Source of the DNA: Caecitellus pseudoparvulus
Lineage: Eukaryota > Protista > Bigyra: Bicosoecida
Assembly: GCA_965644315.1 (NCBI GenBank)
Contig: CBFFRQ010000056.1
Location: 434,001-498,000 of the forward strand
Direction: 5' to 3'
Length of the DNA: 64,000 bases
Within the stretch, counting starts at the first letter, position 1. Each line of letters begins with the position of its first letter. The position numbers were made by a program, and so were the translations under genes. Below, piece after piece: positions 53,405 to 62,432 of the stretch. A model generated the notes under the pieces. The model made no database searches. It was not told where the DNA came from and worked only from the letters and a program-made list of their open reading frames with translations.

Positions 53405-56400
53405 ATGAAAGACTCCAGTGCACTGCACTATGTCGGGAACAACCCCGATGTCGTGCTCAGCATGACCATGTGCGTGGGCCGAGGTCCCGGCTCATGCTGT
53501 GGGCAGGCGTTCTAGCGCTGGGTGTCGCGCTGCGGCCGCCCGACATGCACCTGCAGTCATCCCCCCCCTCCGCCTCAGGTGGCACACGCTGGAGCTCAAG
53601 GCACTGACCATTGGTCTTGGCGTCATTGGTGTGGCGTGCACCATGTACCAGTATGCTTACCAGCGCACTTTTTGGGAGATGGCGGGTGCGTGGAGGAGTT
53701 TCTTGCTTTCCCAGCACGGTTCGCCACGCCAAGCTCTTGTGAAGGGCAGCAACTCCTCGACGAGTGGCGCGTCTTGGCAGGCATGTGCAGTGCTCGGCAG
53801 GCCTGGTCAGGGGCACGAATGGGCCATGGCTGCGTCGTGCAGGGCGGCCTGGTTGCCTGTCTGGGGCCACGCCCTTTCACCGCTGACGGCAGCCCGTGGA
53901 CACTCTCACCTTTCCCCTGATCGCAGTTGACCGAGGCGCAAATGTGACCCCCACTGGAACCAACTACACAACCTTTGCCACTGCAGAGTTGCACGTCTAC
54001 CCAGCTCTGGAGGTGAGCGCCCCTTCCGCACGGGCCGCTTGCCCGGCCACTGCAGCACCTGCAGTGCCCAGCGCCACGCGTACCTCTCGGCTATTTCCCC
54101 CCGCAGGACCCTCTGTACTGGTTGTCGGGCTTCCAGTTCGGCTTTGGCAGTGCCTTGACGTCCTTCCTGCTGAGTTGCATCATTTTCCTGCACTATGCGA
54201 ACTTCAAGTTCTTGCGTTGCGACCGCATTACGTACTTGTCTCTCACGGGCCTGCTGCCGTCGACGTTGGTGTCGCTGGTCTCAGGGTACATGCTGTGGGG
54301 GGCTTCACAAGCGACCCTGGACTTTCTCGTCCCCATCACAGTGGTCTTGCTCTTTGCACTCGGCGCCGTCCCGGCGTGTGTAACGCCCTACGTGTACAAG
54401 CCGTTGTTTCAAGGCGTCATGTCGCATCCCATGTACTTGAGCGTGCTGTCCACCATGCTCACCATGGTCGTGGCGTACCTCGTCCTGAACATCATCACGC
54501 CCGCCTTCCTGACGGGGGACACCACCACGCGCGTCATCATTCGCCTCATCGTGTTCCCCCTGTTGATCGAGCTGCCTGCCGGGGCGGGCCGCTTGGTGGC
54601 ACGGTACTGGATGGGGGAGCACTACCCCATGGACCGCATCCTTATTTCCCTGGTGGGGCCCCTCGTTGGCTCCTCGCTCATGGGCCGCTTCCTGGCGACG
54701 AACATGGAGACGGTGTGGGAGACCGTCGGGCTGTCCATCGCGCTGTCCGTGGTGGAGCTGCTCATGCGCTCCACCATGCTGTGGCGGGATGACCTGTACA
54801 TCCAGTGCTGTGGACGGCCCTGTGGTGGCAAGAAGGTGGGTGTCCCTGCCCACGCCGCAGTGTAGTCGCACCCGTCACTCGCGCCACGCACCTGCACTGC
54901 AGGGCAAGAAGAAGGAGCGCAGAGCAGAGACGAGGGCATGGGTCATGTTCATGTTGTACGGTGCGTTGCGCGTGCCCTGAGATGTCGCCGCCATGCACAC
55001 ACCTTGCCATCGCCCACCCCCTCCTCGCCCGCCCCGCCCTCAGAGACCATTTTCGAGGATGCTGGTATTCTGTTGTCTCTCCCAGTCAGCTTGGTGTTCC
55101 GTGTGCCGCCCACCCCGGGCGCAGCGCCGCTGAGTGTCGCCGACCTCATCACCCGTGTGCTCATCCAGATGTTCATCGAGATGTTCACAGACATCGGCTA
55201 TGCCGTGGCGTACTGGGGCATGGTGCGCATTATGGGCGTGCGGTACGGAGCAGTGACTATGACCGAAATGCGCATTCGTCGACGCAGCACCATGCTGCGT
55301 GTCACAGAGACTCGGCGGTACCTCTTCCTGCCCAGGCCGATGCGCAGCATCAGTCGGGCATTGAACTTCAGCAAGAGCACCCTGGACCACACGACCCTGT
55401 CCACCGCAGACGACCTCAGCGCCGCTGGGGGCCCAGCCGCCACTGGCACCTCCACCGTCAGCACCGTCTCCTCGGGGCCGGACGGCACGCCCTCCTCCCC
55501 GCCCCCCTTCACGGTTGTGCCGGACCTGGACACGGGAGCTGACACTGGCGCAGCACGCGGCACGAGCTGGGGCGAGGGGTCCTACAAGGCCGCCAGCACG
55601 CCCACTGGCAAGTCAAAAGTGACGCCTTCATCACGGCAGGCTGCCAGTAGCTTCATTGACGACGCTGTGCCTCATCCCAGCGGAGCAGCCACCCCCCAGC
55701 GGGAGCCTTCCTCTGCCGACCACGCAGACCACAAGTCCATGTCACCGTCCAGTGACACGCCTCTGCCACAGGCACAGCTGATGCCCTCCCCTGCGACATC
55801 CCCTGCTGCTGGGGGCCGGCCAGGTCGCATTGCCTCAACTGCGAGCTCTGAGGCCACCAGCATGGCGTCACACCCAGGGCGACTCGGCACAGACCTCACG
55901 ACGGGGGACCCCCATGTGAGGCAAGGCACTCCCATGGCAGCCGACGCGTCAGCGGGGGCACTGCCTCAGGCGCCGAAAGTCGGGCCCATCTCTGTAGCTG
56001 CTCCAGGCTCGCCTCCCCGCCCCGTGACTCTGACCATCCCAGCCGGCGCGGACAGTGACGGGGGCTCCTTGCCGGGGTCTCCCCACCCCGTGTCTGCCAG
56101 GCGCGTGCAGGAGGTGGAGGACGTCTCGGACATCGCACACGTGAAGGACAACTTCTGGTCCTGCTCGCCCTGCTGCCTGAGGCCCGACACCGCCATCGTG
56201 CGGCGTAGCCGTGCAGCCTTGGTGCAGGAGCTCAGGCGGGAGCGGGTGTCGGAGCAAGAGTTCATCTGGGAGCCCATCGCACTGGGCCTCATCGCATACC
56301 AGAGCGGCCGCTCCAGGCGCGACCTGCAGACTGGCCCAGGGGCAGAGGCGCAGTGGACGCATGTGAGAGCGATGGAGGCTCCCACCTCCCCCACCGCTGC

Positions 56401-56893
56401 GACGGACGTGTACGGCAAGGAGGCGTTTACAGGTGGTATGAATGCGTCTGCCTATGAGATGACGCTCAAGGCAGCCCCTGCACCGGCGTCGGGGGCACAG
56501 AGCCCTGGTGCACCCAGCATGGAGCTGCCACCTCGCCCCCCCCTGCACCACTCCACCAAGTCCCAGGTGGAGGCAGGCAAGCGGGAACGCCAGGTGCGGG
56601 AGCAAGTGGAACAGGCGGTGGCGATGGGCACGGAGCCCAGTGCAGGCCTGGAGGATGAATTCTCGCCTCCACTGCTCACGCTCATCGCCATGCGCATGGA
56701 GCTGGTGGCTCTGCGCTTCCTGCGTGGTTGGGAGACCCGGTTCAAGTTTTGGAACCTGACCATTGCGCTAGCCATGCTGGGAGGGGCCTTGTACACCCTC
56801 CGCACCATGAACGGGAACTTCCTGTGCCCAGTCGGGGAACCGGACAGACCAGACGACTGGGTGTTCGACTTCTGTGTTAACCTACGTGACTAG
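53405..56893 (+). CDS. Uncharacterised ~11-TM membrane protein, paralogue C (6 exons; start tentative)
   Basis: MKDSSALHYVGNNPDVVLSMTM|WHTLELKAL..., IELPAGAGR, MGRFLATNM, RAWVMFMLY|ETIFEDAGI, an insert, then MELVALRFLRGWETRF-TM-CPVGEPDRPDDWVFDFC. Introns include 54836-54902 and 54961-55043. Confidence 0.85.
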
Positions 56894-56952
56894 CTGCTGC
56901 CAGTGACAGCTGAACAGCTCATCGGCAAAATGCAGTGTGCATGCTTGGCACT

Positions 56953-58461
56953 TCAGCAGCCTGGTGCGAAGATGATTGACCACACTGACGGAAGCCACGC
57001 CACGTCCGCCGCCACCACCGCCACCTCTGCCTGCGTCGGCTCCACCTTGTGCGCCTGCGGAGTCTCCTCTGCAGCTGCCATCGCTGCCTCCTCATCCGTC
57101 AGCCACCGCGTGAACAAATGCACGCACTCATCACGCTGCTGCACGTGCTTCTTGCCGTGCGAGATGCCTCCCCCGTACAGCCCGTAGTCCGACACCACAC
57201 GCATCCCCTCCGCACTCGCACTGTCCCCCACCATCACACCCCTCGAACCACGCCCCTGCAAGTGGAGATGAAGCCAGGAGGAAAAGCGCAGCTCGACGGG
57301 GCCCAGCCCTGTCGCGTGGCTGGCCACCAGCTGCATGCCAATGTCCTCACAGTTGCGGCCTTGCTTGACATGGCGGCGAATGGCCACTGTGGCGGCCGAG
57401 TCACTCCAGTACAGTGAGAGCATGGAGTTTGGCACGAAGGCGTTCTTGGTGAGGGCGATGGAGTTGGGACGCCACAGGAGAAAGGTGGGCGCGTAGCGAT
57501 AGTGGTGCCTGGCGCACCCTGTGCCAGCGTTCTTCCGTGGCTTGGGCGGGCTGGAGGTGCCAAGCCAGGCACTGGCCCCGTCACCGCCGACCGTATCTCG
57601 CGGCTGGGCTGCGCCAGAGGGAGCTGTGGGCATGAGGCCCCCATCCCGCTGGGCACGGCGCAGCGGCGCCCATGCCTCTTCCTCCCAGCGCTCAGCACAG
57701 CGACCCTGACGCCCCTCGAAGCCCACCAGCCGACGAGGGTGCCGCTGCGCCACGGCCGACCCACTGCACAGCTCCATGCACCGCATCCGCATGTCGTCGT
57801 CCACGTGGAACATCGACCCATGCACCCGCACAGGCGCAGATGTCACGCCCGCCGGACCAGATGCGCCCTCCCACGGGCCCTGCAGCTGCAGCACTCTCGG
57901 GTGCGGCACAAACCGCTCATTCAGGCCCATGTCCCCCGCCGCGTGCAGGACCACCGGCACTGCCAACAGGCGGTTGATGGTGGCGGGCTGCAGATCCAGC
58001 TTGGACCACAGCTCAGCATCTGCGTCCTGGATGGCACCCGCGACGAGGTGCCCCACCGATACCGGCAGGGGGCGCTCATTGTCTCCCCACACGACGTGCA
58101 CCACACCAACACAGCTGCAGCGAGCGTAGTGCAGGATGGCGTCGGCCATGAGGACGTCATTCCGGAAGCCGTTCAGGACAATGCCCATCTTCACACCGTC
58201 TGTCAGGGACTGGGGCTGTGCGTCCCCCGGCGGGTGGGTGCCTCCTGACCGCAGGGTTTGTGCCAGGGCCTCCAGCACCAGGTGCGGAGTTTCGATGCCC
58301 GCCACATGGTATTGATAGGGCACCGGGCGCGTGTTGGTGGAGTTGCAGGCGAAGCAGGTGAGCCATGTGGAGAGGGCACAGGCCAAGGCAATGGTGGCGA
58401 TGGAGGCCAGGGCCACCCGGCACAGTGGTAGGTGCCTTTTATTCCTGTTGCGAGGTGCCAT
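56953..58461 (-). CDS. Glycosyltransferase family 64 (EXTL2/EPC1-like), copy 1
   Basis: Type II signal-anchor, VHVVW, LNERF, FHVDDD (DxD), PRRLVGF, SIALTKNAF and RNCEDIGM. Confidence 0.85.
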   Translation of the reverse strand: MAPRNRNKRHLPLCRVALASIATIALACALSTWLTCFACNSTNTRPVPYQYHVAGIETPHLVLEALAQTLRSGGTHPPGDAQPQSLTDGVKMGIVLNGFRNDVLMADAILHYARCSCVGVVHVVWGDNERPLPVSVGHLVAGAIQDADAELWSKLDLQPATINRLLAVPVVLHAAGDMGLNERFVPHPRVLQLQGPWEGASGPAGVTSAPVRVHGSMFHVDDDMRMRCMELCSGSAVAQRHPRRLVGFEGRQGRCAERWEEEAWAPLRRAQRDGGLMPTAPSGAAQPRDTVGGDGASAWLGTSSPPKPRKNAGTGCARHHYRYAPTFLLWRPNSIALTKNAFVPNSMLSLYWSDSAATVAIRRHVKQGRNCEDIGMQLVASHATGLGPVELRFSSWLHLHLQGRGSRGVMVGDSASAEGMRVVSDYGLYGGGISHGKKHVQQRDECVHLFTRWLTDEEAAMAAAEETPQAHKVEPTQAEVAVVAADVAWLPSVWSIIFAPGC

Positions 58462-60124
58462 CTCGCCGTCTGCATCTCGGGACGCCGAGCATGGCAGGCG
58501 TTCCAACATGTTCTCGGCTGAAAGCCACTGACACGGGGTGGGACCTCATGAGCGATGTGGTGTGAAACATACATTCTCTGGTCGGGTTTTGAGCTGTGCA
58601 GTCGCTGGTCGCGCCGCTGTGAGGCGTGTGGTGCTCTGGCAACTCTGTTGCTGCGGCGGGGGGCCAGGGAAGCCGCGCCACAAAGCGTGAACACCTGGAC
58701 AAAGCAAACAGCCTGGTGCAAGGCAACCAGGGCCACACAAAGCTGCTCCAGCATGCGCTGGGCGCGGCTTGCTGCGGCGGCTTCAGGGGGGGTTTGGTCA
58801 GGCTAGCATCCAGGCGCAGTGACGGCTCGTGACAGGAACGGAAGCCACGCCACGTCCGCCGCCACCACCGCCACCTCTGCCTGCGTCGGCTCCACCTTGT
58901 GCGCCTGCGGAGTCTCCTCTGCAGCTGCCACCGCCGCCTCCTCATCCGTCAGCCACCGCGTGAACAAATGCACGCACTCACCCCGCCGACGAAAGTGGTC
59001 CCCTCCGTGCGAGATGCCTCCCCCATGCTCACCATAGTCCGACACCACACGCATCCCCTCCGCACTCGCACTGTCCCCCACCGTCACACCCCTCGAACCA
59101 CCCCGCTGCAGGTATTGGTGCAACCAGGAGGAAAAGCGCAGCTCGACGGGGCCTAGCCCTGTCGCGTGGCTGGCCACCAGCTGCATGCCAATGTCCTCAC
59201 AGTTGCGGCCTTGCTTCACATGGCGACGAATGGCCAGTGTGGCGGGTGAGTCACTCCAGTACAGTGAGAGCATGGAGTTTGGCACGAAGGCGTTCTTGGT
59301 GAGGACGATAGAGTTTGGACGCCACAGGAGGAAGTGCCCAGGAAAAGAGTACTGGTGCTCCAGGCACCCTGTCTGCGGGGCCTGTGCTGGCCGAGTGCAC
59401 TTGGCTTGTCGTCCATCGAAGCCCACCAGCCGACGAGGGTGCCGCTGCGCCACGGCCGACCCACTGCACAGCTCCATGCACCGCATCCGCATGTCGTCGT
59501 CCACGTGGAACATCGACCCATGCACCCGCACAGGCGCAGATGTCACGCCCGCCGGACCAGATGCGCCCTCCCACGGGCCCTGCAGCTGCAGCACTCTCGG
59601 GTGCGGCACAAACCGCTCATTCAGGCCCATGTCCCCCGCCGCGTGCAGGACCACCGGCACTGCCAACAGGCGGTTGATGGTGGCGGGCTGCAGATCCAGC
59701 TTGGACCACAGCTCAGCATCTGCGTCCTGGATGGCACCCGCGACGAGGTGCCCCACCGATACCGGCAGGGGGCGCTCATTGTCTCCCCACACGACGTGCA
59801 CCACACCAACACAGCTGCAGCGAGCGTAGTGCAGGATGGCGTCGGCCATGAGGACGTCATTCCGGAAGCCGTTCAGGACAATGCCCATCTTCACACCGTC
59901 TGTCAGGGACTGGGGCTGTGCGTCCCCCGGCGGGTGGGTGCCCCCTGACCGCAGGGTTTGTGCCAGGGCCTCCAGCACCAGGTGCGGAGTTTCGATGCCC
60001 GCCACATGGTATTGGTAGGGCACCGGGCGCGTGTTGGTGGAGTTGCAGGCGAAGCAGGTGAGCCATGTGGAGAGGGCACAGGCCAAGGCAATGGTGGCGA
60101 TGGAGGCCAGGGCCACCCGGCACA
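57716..60124. repeat. Tandem duplication: 57716-58424 is nearly identical to 59416-60124 (offset 1700); about 56990-57480 is similar to about 58840-59330 (offset 1850)
   Basis: Direct line-by-line comparison; I saw only two substitutions in the 709-bp block. Confidence 0.95.
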
Positions 60125-60365
60125 AGTTTACTTGTCTGCGCAGGCCCTTGGCGTTCGGACCATCGGTGTCTGTCTTCCCTCCGCAGGTGGGTAGACACCC
60201 CGTGCCATTCAAGAGCATGGCTGCTTCAGCTTCCAAGTATGGACTGCGATCCTCGTACGAACAACGAACAAGCCAATGGCAGTCTCTTGTTGCCGTTTCA
60301 CGTTTGTCATGTGGGGATGATTGCTCAGATGTATCTGCGCGGGCAAGTACTGCTGGCGCTCCCAT
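58803..60365 (-). CDS. Glycosyltransferase family 64 (EXTL2/EPC1-like), copy 2
   Basis: Same motifs as copy 1, with a different N-terminus. Start tentative. Confidence 0.85.
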   Translation of the reverse strand: MGAPAVLARADTSEQSSPHDKRETATRDCHWLVRCSYEDRSPYLEAEAAMLLNGTGCLPTCGGKTDTDGPNAKGLRRQVNLCRVALASIATIALACALSTWLTCFACNSTNTRPVPYQYHVAGIETPHLVLEALAQTLRSGGTHPPGDAQPQSLTDGVKMGIVLNGFRNDVLMADAILHYARCSCVGVVHVVWGDNERPLPVSVGHLVAGAIQDADAELWSKLDLQPATINRLLAVPVVLHAAGDMGLNERFVPHPRVLQLQGPWEGASGPAGVTSAPVRVHGSMFHVDDDMRMRCMELCSGSAVAQRHPRRLVGFDGRQAKCTRPAQAPQTGCLEHQYSFPGHFLLWRPNSIVLTKNAFVPNSMLSLYWSDSPATLAIRRHVKQGRNCEDIGMQLVASHATGLGPVELRFSSWLHQYLQRGGSRGVTVGDSASAEGMRVVSDYGEHGGGISHGGDHFRRRGECVHLFTRWLTDEEAAVAAAEETPQAHKVEPTQAEVAVVAADVAWLPFLSRAVTAPGC

Positions 60366-60871
60366 GATTGGGTCGGAATGGCAAGCTGGGGCGCCAATGG
60401 ATTCTTCAAAGTCTCCACACGGATTTTCTCTGCTATCCCAGTGGCTACCAGCCGTGGGCGTGGAGTGTTTGAGGTGGTTTTGTTTCGCTGTCGCCGTTGG
60501 GCAACGTGCCGGGCAACGCGCCACACGCTGCATTCGCACATGTGAGGGGTGCATGGCAGCTGAAAACCTGTTGATTAATCATTTATCCCGTTCATGGTTG
60601 AGGCAAGGCCTCCCTGGAAGTCCGCAGGCGCCGGCAGGTGTCGCGCCGAAGCCATGTGACCCCCCCCCCCCGGCAACCCTGTGAGTATCCCAACAAGTAT
60701 ATGACTAAAACATTCGGTCTGCAATGAATGAAGTGCACTTCACCTGTGAACACTGTCGCTCGCTGCCGGAGCCTGGCGTTGATTCCGAGAAAGGAGCCGG
60801 TGTCCAGACCATCCTGGCTCACTGAGCACAAATTGCGCTGCCGTTCCGGTTCTATTCGCGGCCTAAGCAGC

Positions 60872-61196
60872 ATGGCATCAAGTGAGCGAAGAACGGTACT
60901 ATCAGCATCCCACCAGAAAGATTTGGATGAGGCGAAGGTGCGTGCCAACGCTGTGAACGAGGGCGAGTATTGGGTAGGTCGCTGAGCGACGTCGCCCGTT
61001 TCCGCAGACCTCACTGCGTATGAAAGACAGCGAGTACCTTGAGAAGCACCCGGAGGCGCAAAAGATGGTGGAGGCCTTTGTGTCCCATCTTTTGGCAACC
61101 AAGCCTGATGACACGATCGCTGCCGCGGTGCAGTTCTTTCAAGACACAGACAGGGTGAAGGCCTCCGTGCTCAAGCAAACGAAGCTCCCAAAGTAG
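60872..61196 (+). CDS. RIIAD1: RIIa-domain protein (RIIAD1-like), 2 exons
   Basis: Exons 60872-60937 and 61008-61196 give MASSERRTVLSASHQKDLDEAK|TSLRMKDSEYLEKHPEAQKMVEAFVSHLLATKPDDTIAAAVQFFQD, colinear with RIIAD1 LS..Q...L...K...R..NE.YL..H.E.....F...I....PD.I...A..YF.D. Confidence 0.8.
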
Positions 61197-61645
61197 GCTG
61201 GGGGGCATGTAGAGGGTACCCTACTTGAACTGGCGTATCTCTCTGGGCGCCTCTGATCCTGCACCTCGGCTGGCGTTCTTTGGAGGGGCAGCTTGAGGGG
61301 AGTCGAGGACTCCCTGCGTGCAGCGTTGCAGCGTCCGCTGGGCATGCTGTCCTTCAAAGCTAGCGGAGGATCTGCATCGTTTGTATGCCTTTTCTGGTGC
61401 TCGCCAGCTCTCCTGTTTCCGACCCTTGTGCTCCGCACTGCCGGAGAAGAATGCACGTTGGAGCTAGCTGGGCCAAGCGACGGGCTCGATCAAAACTCAT
61501 CGCACCCTACTCTCTGCCTGACGACAGAGGAAGGTGCACTTGCTTCCACAGCTCCCTTCCGGCAGCAGGGCTTGCGCATCGGCCTGTTTGACCAAGGGAG
61601 GAGCTCCTCTGGTCGCAGGTGGAGAGCAATTTCCGCCGCCTCACC

Positions 61646-62376
61646 ATGGTGTTTTTTCAGGTGCGACAGCCGCCAGCAGTGTCAGCACGCCGCTACACTC
61701 ACACGAAGCAACACTCACAATCACACAGAAGACACTGCGGCACACAATCCAGCTGCACCCCAGGTACTTGGGGCAGAACTTGCGTGACACGTTGGAAACC
61801 CAGCTGCGCAGGGATGTGGAGGGGACGCTGGAGGCAGATGCTTTCGTCATCACCGTCATGGGCATGAACTCTGACAGCTCAGTGCAAGGCACAGTGAACG
61901 CTCAGTCGGGCTTTGTGACGTTCGAAGTGACGTACGATGCCATTCTCTTCCGGGCCTTCAAGCACGAAGTGCTGCTTGGCGAAGTGTCGGCAGTGACCAC
62001 CCAGGGGATCTTTGTGGACTCTGGTCCCCTGTCCACCTTCATCATCAGCTTGGTACGAAGCTCGTTTTCGCGGTAGCGGCCATGCATGCGTGACACACTC
62101 TTTTCTGCGTCCTGCAGAACTTGCCCGAAGGCATGGAGTTTGACGCCGCAGAGAGCTGCTACAGGAACGCGGAGACTCAGGAAAAGATCGCCGTTGGGCA
62201 GTCAGTGCGGTACCGAATCCTGACGGCAGATCACGGGACTGGTCAGGGTGTACGTGGGGGCTCCTAGCCATTCTGCTCGCGTGCCGTGTGTCGAACTCAC
62301 CCTCGCCCCGCTTCCGCCACAGGGTGCCATCGGGAACATGAGCAAGCCTTACTTGGGCACCATTGATGCCTCGTGA
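61646..62376 (+). CDS. RPB7: RNA polymerase II subunit RPB7 (divergent), 4 exons
   Basis: MVFFQ|KTLRHTIQLHPRYLG...DVEGT...YDAILFRAFKHEV...GPLSTFI..|NLPEGMEFD...|GAIGNMSKPYLG. Confidence 0.85.
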
Positions 62377-62432
62377 GCGAATGAATGCATTGTCCAGTGT
62401 GGTGCCCGCGGGCTGCACGCCCACGCACCGCT

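Noticed and set aside
60592-61098. 168-aa minus ORF
   Set aside because: It is antisense to the spliced RIIAD1-like gene, which has clear homology.
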